This document shows, in pieces, positions 25,915 through 32,591 of a DNA stretch of 32,591 nucleotides. Each line of letters starts with the position of its first letter. Position 1 is the stretch's first letter. The stretch covers positions 1-32,591 of the forward strand of contig JBFILX010000003.1 in the NCBI GenBank assembly GCA_041612035.1. The letters run 5' to 3'. The stretch comes from Gemmatimonadales bacterium (GTDB lineage: Bacteria; Gemmatimonadota; Gemmatimonadetes; Gemmatimonadales; GWC2-71-9). The translations under genes were made by a program, and so were the position numbers. A model generated the notes under the pieces. It was given only the letters and a program-made list of their open reading frames with translations, searched no databases and was not told where the DNA came from.

Positions 25915-27161
25915 CCCAACCCCAGCGGCTGGTGGCCAGCCTCGACCTCGGCAGCACCAAGGTGACCGGCGTGATCGGCGAGGTCACCGGGGAGCCCAGC
26001 GCGCCCGGCGTGAAGATCCTGGGCGTGGGGGTCGAGCGCAGCGCCGGCATCCGGCGCGGCGTGGTGCGCGACATCGAGGCCACCACCCGCGCCATCGTCA
26101 AGGCCATGAAGGATGCCGAACTGATGGCCGGGGTCGAGGTGGGGACGGTCTACTGCGGCGTGGCGGGGGACCACGTGACCGGGCGCAGTTCCCACGGGGT
26201 GGTGTCGGTCACCGGGTCGGAGATCCGCACGGGCGACGTGGCCCGGGTGAACGACGTCGCCAGCAACGTCTCCTTCGGCATGGGGCACGAACTGCTCCAC
26301 GCCATTCCGCAGGACTACATCGTGGACCAGCAGGGGGGCATCACCGACCCCATCGGCATGACCGGTTCCCGCCTGGAGGCCGAGGTCTACCTGGTCACGG
26401 TGCTGAGCACCGCCGTGCAGAACCTGCGGAAGTGCGTGGAGAAGGCCGGGTATCACGTGGGCGAGTTCGTTTTCGAGCCGCTGGCCGCCTCGCTCGCCGT
26501 GCTCACGCCCGACGAGCGCGAGCTGGGCTGTGCCCTGGTGGAGCTGGGCGGCGGCGCGACCACGGTGTCGGTCTTCCACACCGGCAAGATCCGCCACTTC
26601 GCCTCGCTCATGTTCGCCGGGACCCACGTCACCAACGACATCGTGCACGGGCTGCAGGTCACCCAGCAGGAGGCCGAGCGGATCAAGCACCGCCACGGTG
26701 CCGCGTTCGAGCCCCTGGTGCCCGATGACGACACCCTGGAACTCCCCGGCACGCCGGGCCAGGGGGTCCGGACTGCCTCCCGACGGGTCCTTGCGCATAT
26801 CATTCACATGCGGCTCCAGGAGGTCCTGGAGCTGGCGCTCGCGGAAACATCACGGGCCGGGTACCACCAGCACCTCCCGGCCGGGGTGGTGCTGACCGGC
26901 GGCGGCTCCCAGCTGCCGGGGGTGGTCGAGCTGGCGCGCGAGGTCTTCGCGCTGCCGGTGCGGCTCGGCGCCCCGGGGCCCGGGCTCAGCGGTCTGGCGG
27001 ACAGCGTGGAGTCGCCGCGGATGGCGGTGCCCGCCGGCCTGATGCTCTACGGCGCCCGGCAGATCGGGCTGGGGACCGGCTTCGGGAGCGGGCGCAGCCG
27101 GTCCCCCGCGGTGGACAAGGTGCTCGGACCGGTCAAGCGTTGGCTGCAGGACTTCTTCTGA
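25911..27161 (+). CDS. ftsA: Cell division protein FtsA
   Basis: GTG start overlaps the ftsQ stop. 'LDLGSTKV', '[10 protein letters not shown]', 'ELGGGAT', 'VLTGGGS' and amphipathic C-terminus 'VKRWLQDFF'. Confidence 0.95.
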   Translation: MTQPQRLVASLDLGSTKVTGVIGEVTGEPSAPGVKILGVGVERSAGIRRGVVRDIEATTRAIVKAMKDAELMAGVEVGTVYCGVAGDHVTGRSSHGVVSVTGSEIRTGDVARVNDVASNVSFGMGHELLHAIPQDYIVDQQGGITDPIGMTGSRLEAEVYLVTVLSTAVQNLRKCVEKAGYHVGEFVFEPLAASLAVLTPDERELGCALVELGGGATTVSVFHTGKIRHFASLMFAGTHVTNDIVHGLQVTQQEAERIKHRHGAAFEPLVPDDDTLELPGTPGQGVRTASRRVLAHIIHMRLQEVLELALAETSRAGYHQHLPAGVVLTGGGSQLPGVVELAREVFALPVRLGAPGPGLSGLADSVESPRMAVPAGLMLYGARQIGLGTGFGSGRSRSPAVDKVLGPVKRWLQDFF

Positions 27162-27201
27162 TCTCCCCTCCGGGGGGTGGCCCCATGCCAAGGGTGGCGC
27201 G

Positions 27202-28344
27202 ATGAGATTCGAACTCGAGGAGGCCCAGGAACAGCACGCCCGGATGAAGGTCCTGGGGGTCGGCGGTGGCGGCGGCAACGCGGTCAACCGCATGATCCAG
27301 GAGCGGCTCCGGGGCGTGGAGTTCATCTCGGTCAACACCGATGCGCAGGCGCTGCAGTCGTCCAAGTCGGACCTCAAGGTGCAGATCGGGAAGAAGCTGA
27401 CCCGGGGGCTGGGGGCCGGGGCGCGGCCGGAAATCGGCCGCCAGGCCATCGAGGAGAACCGGGACGAGGTGGAACGCGTGTTGCAGGGTGCGGACCTGGT
27501 CTTCGTGACCTGCGGGATGGGGGGCGGGACCGGGACCGGGGCGGCGCCGATCATCGCCCAGCTGGCCCGGGACGCCGGGGCCCTGACCGTGGGGATCGTC
27601 ACGAAACCGTTCCTGTTCGAGGGCCGCAAGCGGATGAAGCAGGCGGAAATGGGCATCACCGAGATGCGCCAGAACGTGGACACGATGATCGTGGTCCCCA
27701 ACGAGCGGCTCCTGGCCGTGGTCGGCAAGGGGATCCCGTTCCAGGACGCGCTCAAGAAGGCCGACGAGGTGCTGCTGCACGCCACCCAGGGGATCGCCAG
27801 CCTGATCACCAACACCGGGATCATCAACGTGGACTTCGCCGACGTGCGGACCGTCATGCAGGACGGCGGCGCGGCGCTCATGGGCACCGGGGTGGGCCGC
27901 GGCGAGAACCGGGCGCTGGAGGCCGCGCAGCAGGCCATCTCGAGTCCGCTGCTCGACAACGTGTCCATCGCCGGCGCCACCGGCGTGCTGATCAACATCA
28001 TCGGCGGGTCGGACCTGACCCTGGGCGAGACCACCCAGATCAACGACATCATCCACGAGGCCGTCGGCGACGAGGCGGAGATCATCTTCGGCGCGGGCGA
28101 CGATCCGTCGATGGAGGGCGAGGTGCGGGTGACCGTGATCGCCACCGGCTTCGACCGGGCCATCACCGGCGCCCCGCTCACCCGCGGCACCGCCACCCAG
28201 CCGGGGGTCATTCCCCTCGCGGCGGCCCGGAGCCGGACCGCCGGGCCGGCGACCCGTCCCGCCGCGGAGCCGCGGACGGTGACCCCGCTGACCGACGTGC
28301 CCGACATGGAGATCCCGACCTTCATCCGCCGGCAGATGGACTGA
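27202..28344 (+). CDS. ftsZ: Cell division protein FtsZ
   Basis: '[11 protein letters not shown]', 'GMGGGTGTG' tubulin signature, 'INVDFADV' and C-terminal 'IPTFIRRQ'. Confidence 0.98.
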   Translation: MRFELEEAQEQHARMKVLGVGGGGGNAVNRMIQERLRGVEFISVNTDAQALQSSKSDLKVQIGKKLTRGLGAGARPEIGRQAIEENRDEVERVLQGADLVFVTCGMGGGTGTGAAPIIAQLARDAGALTVGIVTKPFLFEGRKRMKQAEMGITEMRQNVDTMIVVPNERLLAVVGKGIPFQDALKKADEVLLHATQGIASLITNTGIINVDFADVRTVMQDGGAALMGTGVGRGENRALEAAQQAISSPLLDNVSIAGATGVLINIIGGSDLTLGETTQINDIIHEAVGDEAEIIFGAGDDPSMEGEVRVTVIATGFDRAITGAPLTRGTATQPGVIPLAAARSRTAGPATRPAAEPRTVTPLTDVPDMEIPTFIRRQMD

Positions 28345-29597
28345 TGCGTCGGCGGCTGGCGCTCCCCCTCTCGATCGCCGTCTTCGCCGGGGCCTCGGTC
28401 CTGGCCCTGACCGACAGCTGGCCCTGGCCCCGGCTGCACACGGCCGAGCCGATCGTGGTGACCCGGGCCTTCCGGCAGACCAGCGACACCCTGCGCCGCG
28501 GGGAGACGGTGAGCGAGCTGTTCGCCCGCCAGGGGCTCGCGAGCTTCGACGTGGGCCGGCTCGCGCGCGAGGCGGGGCTCGATCCGCGCCGGCTCCGGTC
28601 GGGGCTGGTCTTCCAGTTCCGCCACGCGGTGTACGAGGCGACCCCGTCCGAGGTGGTGGTCCGCACCGGGCCCGAGGAGCGGATCCGGCTGCAGCGGGAG
28701 GACGAGACCTGGCATCTCCAGCGCGAGGTCATCGCCTGGCGCCGCGAGACCGTCCGGGTCGGCGCCGACATCGGCACCTCGCTGTACGCCGCGCTCGACG
28801 AAGGGGTCCCGGACGCGGTGCTGCGGCAGGGCGAGCGGGTGCGGCTGGCCTGGGACCTGGCCGACGTCTTCGCCTGGAGCGTCGACTTCACCCGGGACAT
28901 CCAGCCCGGTGACCGGTTCGCCGCGGTGATCGAGCGGCAGGTGTCCGAGGAGGGGGAGGTCCGGTACGGCCGCGTCCTCGCCGCCGCGCTCGACGTGGGC
29001 GGGCGCACCCAGACCGCGTTCCGGTTCGCGCCCGACGGCGAGCACCGCTTCTACGACGCCCAGGGGAATTCCCTCCGGCGCGCCTTCCTGCGGGCGCCGG
29101 TCGAGTTCCGCCGCATCAGCTCGCGCTTCAGCAACGCCCGGTTCCATCCGATCCTCAAGGTCTACCGCCGCCACGCCGGCACCGACTACTCGGCGGCCGC
29201 CGGCACGCCCGTGATGGCCGCGGGCGACGGGACGGTGACCACCGCCGGGTGGTCGGGCGGGTACGGGATCCTGGTGGAGCTCCGTCACCGCAACGGGATC
29301 AGCACCCGCTACGCGCACCTGCGCGGACTGGGCCGCGGGATCCGGACCGGCGCCCGGGTCGCCCAGGGCGACGTGATCGGCTACGTGGGCTCGACCGGGC
29401 TCTCCACCTCCGCGCACCTGCACTACGAGTTTCGGGTCAACGGGGTCCCGCGCGATCCCCGCTCCCTGAAGCTCGAGGCCGGCCCCCCGATCCCGGCCGC
29501 CATCCGGCCGGCGTTCGAGGCGGAACGGGACCGGCTGGCGGGGCTGCTCGCCTTCCGCCCCGCTCCCGACCTCCCGCCCGCCCGGCGCGGCGACTAG
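28344..29597 (+). CDS. M23 family peptidoglycan endopeptidase (MepM-like)
   Basis: TGATG overlap with ftsZ. N-terminal hydrophobic segment, 'RFHPIL...HAGTDY' (HxxxD), 'YAHL' and 'AHLHYE' (HxH). Confidence 0.9.
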   Translation: MRRRLALPLSIAVFAGASVLALTDSWPWPRLHTAEPIVVTRAFRQTSDTLRRGETVSELFARQGLASFDVGRLAREAGLDPRRLRSGLVFQFRHAVYEATPSEVVVRTGPEERIRLQREDETWHLQREVIAWRRETVRVGADIGTSLYAALDEGVPDAVLRQGERVRLAWDLADVFAWSVDFTRDIQPGDRFAAVIERQVSEEGEVRYGRVLAAALDVGGRTQTAFRFAPDGEHRFYDAQGNSLRRAFLRAPVEFRRISSRFSNARFHPILKVYRRHAGTDYSAAAGTPVMAAGDGTVTTAGWSGGYGILVELRHRNGISTRYAHLRGLGRGIRTGARVAQGDVIGYVGSTGLSTSAHLHYEFRVNGVPRDPRSLKLEAGPPIPAAIRPAFEAERDRLAGLLAFRPAPDLPPARRGD

Positions 29598-29638
29598 CCG
29601 CCCGCGGGGCCGCCAGGCCGGCTCCGGCACCACCCTCC

Positions 29639-30559
29639 ATGGACCGCATCACCGAACGCAAGACCCTGGGTTTCTGGGGCAAGCTCAAGCGCCTGGCGCT
29701 CACCGACGTGGGCGCCCTGGTGCGGCGGCTCAACGCCTCGGACGTGGAGGCGATGGAGCGGCTCCTGCTCGAGGCCGACTTCGGGCTTCCCGCCACGGCC
29801 GACCTGGTGGACGCGATCGAGGCCGAGATCCGCTCGGGCGCGGTCAGGACCGAGGACGACCTGCGACAGGCGGTGGAGGACCGGCTGGCCGGACTGCTGG
29901 AGAGCGGGCCCGACCCGGGCCGCCTGGCCCGCGCCGGGAGCGGACCGACGGTGATGCTGTTCGTGGGGGTGAACGGGGTGGGGAAGACCACCACGGTCGC
30001 CAAGGTGGCGCACCGGCTCCGGCAGGAGGGGCGGTCCGTCCTGCTGGCCGCGGCCGACACCTGGCGGGCGGGGGCCATCGACCAGCTGCGCATCTGGGCC
30101 GAGCGGCTGGGCGCCGAGTTCGTCGCGGGGACGCCCGGGGGTGACCCGGCGGCCGTGGCCTTCGACGCCCTCGAGGCCGCGGCGGCGCGCGGGGTGGACG
30201 ACGTCCTCGTGGACACCGCCGGGCGGCTCCACACCCAGGAAGGGCTGATGGCGGAGCTGCAGAAGCTGGTGCGGGTGATGGGCCGGAAGCTGGAGGGGGC
30301 GCCCCACGAGACCCTGCTGGTGCTGGACGGCACGGTGGGTCAGAACGCGGTGCAGCAGGGGCGGCTCTTCACCCAGGCGGTGCCGCTCACCGGCCTGGTG
30401 ATCACCAAGCTCGACGGCACCGCACGGGGAGGGGCGGTGGTCGCCCTGCGGCGCGAGCTGGAGGTGCCGGTGCGGTTCCTGGGGCGGGGCGAGGACCTGG
30501 CGGGGCTCGACCCGTTCGACGCCCGCCGGTTCGCGGGCGACCTGCTGCAGCGCGACTAG
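29639..30559 (+). CDS. ftsY: Signal recognition particle receptor FtsY
   Basis: 'GVNGVGKTTT', 'DTWRAGA', 'DTAGR', 'GQNA' and 'TKLDGTARGG'; short NG-only form. Confidence 0.95.
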   Translation: MDRITERKTLGFWGKLKRLALTDVGALVRRLNASDVEAMERLLLEADFGLPATADLVDAIEAEIRSGAVRTEDDLRQAVEDRLAGLLESGPDPGRLARAGSGPTVMLFVGVNGVGKTTTVAKVAHRLRQEGRSVLLAAADTWRAGAIDQLRIWAERLGAEFVAGTPGGDPAAVAFDALEAAAARGVDDVLVDTAGRLHTQEGLMAELQKLVRVMGRKLEGAPHETLLVLDGTVGQNAVQQGRLFTQAVPLTGLVITKLDGTARGGAVVALRRELEVPVRFLGRGEDLAGLDPFDARRFAGDLLQRD

Positions 30560-30566
30560 GCCCCCC

Positions 30567-32591
30567 ATGGCCACCCTCCGCCCCGACACGCCCGTCAAGT
30601 TCCTGAAGGGTGTCGGCGAGCGCCGGGCCGAGGCCTTCGAGCAGCTCGGCATCCGGACCGTCACCGACCTGCTCCACCATCTCCCCCATCGCTACCTCGA
30701 CGCCTCGTCCGTCACCCCGCTGGCGCGCGCGGAGGTGGGCCGCGAGGTAGCGTGCATCGGTACCGTGGTGAGCAAGGGCGTCCGCCCCACCCGCCGCGGC
30801 CTTCGCATCTTCTCGGCCGTCCTGCGCGACGCGAGCGGGCTGCTCGAGTGCTCGTGGCCGGGCCAGGCCTTCCTCGACCGGACGATCGAGACGGGACAGC
30901 TCCTGCTGGTGGCCGGCCCCGTCCGCTACTACCACGGCCGCCAGATGGTGCCCCGGGAATACGTGATCCTGGCCGAGGCCGGCGAGGCCGAGGACGGGAT
31001 GGCGGAGGGGAAGGTGCTCCCGGTCTATCCGGCCACCCGGGGGCTCAGCCACCGGATGATCCGGGGCCTGGTGGCCCGGCACCTGGAGGCGCTGATCGCC
31101 ACGACCGGCGACCCCGTCCCGGGGGAGCTCCGGGCCCGGCTCGGTCTCGCGGGCGTGGCGGACGCCTACCGCGCCGTCCACCGCCCAGCCTCGCTGGCGG
31201 AGGCCGAACGCGGTCGCCGCCGCCTGGCGTTCGACGAACTGCTCGACTTCCAGCTCATGCTGGGCCGGGCCCGGCTGATCGCGCGGCGGGGCCGGGAGGG
31301 GATTCCCTTCGAGGTCAAGCGCGACCTCACGACCCGCCTGCGGGAGGCGCTGCCCTGGGAGCTCACCGGCGACCAGAAGCAGGCGCTCCGCGAGATCGCC
31401 GCGGACATGACCTCGCCGGAGCGGATGCACCGGCTGCTGATGGGCGACGTGGGGACCGGCAAGACCGTGGTGGCGCTGTTCGCCATGCTGCTGGCCCTGG
31501 AGAACGACTACCAGGCCGCCCTGATGGCGCCGACCGAGCTGCTGGCGGAACAGCACTCGGCCACGCTCGGCCGGCTCCTGGCGCCCCTGGGCCTGGTGCC
31601 CGACCTGCTGCTGGGCCGGATGAGCGCCCGCGAGAAGGAGGAGGTCCGCGCCCGGCTCGCCGCGGGCGACACCGGGATCGTGATCGGGACCCACACCCTG
31701 TTCCAGGAGAAGGTGACCTTCCAGCGGCTCGGCCTGGTGGTGATCGACGAGCAGCACCGGTTCGGGGTGGAGCAGCGCGCCGCCCTCATCGAGAAGGGCG
31801 CCGCGCCCGACGTGCTCCTGCTCACCGCCACCCCGATCCCCCGGTCGCTGGCGCTCACCCGCTACGGTGACCTCGACGTGTCGGCCCTGCGGGAAAAGCC
31901 GCCGGGCCGGGGTACCGTGCGGACCGCGGTGCGGGGGCCCCGCCAGCGGGAACGGGTGTTCGAGTTCGTGCACCGGGCCTGCCGCGAGGGCGGGCAGGCG
32001 TACGTGGTGCTCCCGGTGATCGAGGAATCGGAGAAGGCCGACCTGCGGGCCGCGCGGGTGATGGCGGAGCAGCTGACCGAGCGCTGGTCCGACCTGACGG
32101 TCGGACTGGTGCACGGGCAGCTGAAGCCCGAGGAACGCGATCGGGTGATGCGCGGGTTCCGCGAGGGGGCGCTGCAGGTGCTGGTGGCGACCACCGTCAT
32201 CGAGGTGGGGATCGACGTCCCCAACGCCACGATCATGGTGGTGGAACACCCCGAGCGGTTCGGGCTGGCCCAGCTGCACCAGCTGCGCGGGCGGATCGGC
32301 CGGGGGAGCGCGGAGAGCCACTGCATCCTGCTGGCGCCGGAGCCGGCCCCGCCGCGCCTCAGGGCGTTCGCCGCGACGACCGACGGGTTCCGGATCGCGG
32401 AGCTGGACCTCGAGGAGCGGCGCCAGGGCGACCTGCTGGGCGCCCGGCAGTCGGGCACGGCGGACATCCGGATCGCCCGGTTCCCCGAGGACACCGACCT
32501 GCTGCAGGAGGCCCGCGGCGCCGCCCGCGCGATCCTCGAGGCCGACCCCCTGCTGGACGCCCACCCCCACCGGGGCCTCCGGGCGCGGGCC
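30567..32591 (+). CDS. recG: ATP-dependent DNA helicase RecG (runs off the window end)
   Basis: Absent from the ORF track because there is no stop in the window. Read directly: MATLRPDTPVKFLKGVG..., 'GDVGTGKT', 'DEQHRFGV', 'TATPIPRSL' and 'QLRGRIGRG'. Confidence 0.95.
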   Translation, partial: MATLRPDTPVKFLKGVGERRAEAFEQLGIRTVTDLLHHLPHRYLDASSVTPLARAEVGREVACIGTVVSKGVRPTRRGLRIFSAVLRDASGLLECSWPGQAFLDRTIETGQLLLVAGPVRYYHGRQMVPREYVILAEAGEAEDGMAEGKVLPVYPATRGLSHRMIRGLVARHLEALIATTGDPVPGELRARLGLAGVADAYRAVHRPASLAEAERGRRRLAFDELLDFQLMLGRARLIARRGREGIPFEVKRDLTTRLREALPWELTGDQKQALREIAADMTSPERMHRLLMGDVGTGKTVVALFAMLLALENDYQAALMAPTELLAEQHSATLGRLLAPLGLVPDLLLGRMSAREKEEVRARLAAGDTGIVIGTHTLFQEKVTFQRLGLVVIDEQHRFGVEQRAALIEKGAAPDVLLLTATPIPRSLALTRYGDLDVSALREKPPGRGTVRTAVRGPRQRERVFEFVHRACREGGQAYVVLPVIEESEKADLRAARVMAEQLTERWSDLTVGLVHGQLKPEERDRVMRGFREGALQVLVATTVIEVGIDVPNATIMVVEHPERFGLAQLHQLRGRIGRGSAESHCILLAPEPAPPRLRAFAATTDGFRIAELDLEERRQGDLLGARQSGTADIRIARFPEDTDLLQEARGAARAILEADPLLDAHPHRGLRARA

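Noticed and set aside
27162-27201. Possible hairpin between ftsA and ftsZ
   Set aside because: Only a short C/G-run stem, too weak to call.
1001-29638. Long N-terminal extensions in the ORF track (starts at 1001, 1573, 2699, 2989, 6305, 9347, 10623, 13863, 20456, 21334, 24445, 25251, 27177, 29249) suggesting fusions
   Set aside because: The extensions run out of frame through upstream genes or a tRNA. The real starts fall at stop/start overlaps or where family motifs begin.
396-32570. Many long minus-strand and alternative-frame ORFs (e.g. 2987..4801, 4762..6882, 26850..29633, 30402..32570, 30752..31870)
   Set aside because: They overlap well-supported + strand genes and give low-complexity Arg/Pro/Gly/Ala translations without motifs, as expected for shadow ORFs in very GC-rich DNA.
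1-32591. CRISPR array, IS elements or tandem repeats
   Set aside because: No regularly spaced repeats, transposase motifs or terminal inverted repeats were seen, and nearly the whole window is coding.

Overview
This is a very GC-rich bacterial chromosomal segment, with every credible gene on the + strand. Gene content and order suggest Gemmatimonadota, but that is an unconfirmed inference. There are three blocks. (1) About 19-10816 is a tightly coupled operon for an unusual signalling or polarity system: DUF4388/PATAN+MshEN-like+TPR protein, TPR-Roadblock, Roadblock, MglB, MglA GTPase, a tandem DnaA-like AAA+ ATPase without a DNA-binding domain, a second DUF4388/MshEN/TPR protein, CheR, CheD, CheB, a TPR protein and a membrane-anchored HExxH peptidase. 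No MCP, CheA, CheW or CheY gene lies inside the window, although the operon probably extends upstream. (2) About 10790-13112 holds a small membrane protein, tRNA-Val(TAC), an exported TPR protein, tRNA-Asp(GTC) and a strong hairpin. (3) 13111 to the end is the dcw cluster (rsmH, ftsL, ftsI, murE, murF, mraY, murD, ftsW, murG, murC, ftsQ, ftsA, ftsZ; no mraZ, murB or ddl), followed by an M23 peptidase, ftsY and a 3'-truncated recG. I saw no mobile element or CRISPR array. All calls come from reading motifs by eye; no database searches were run.
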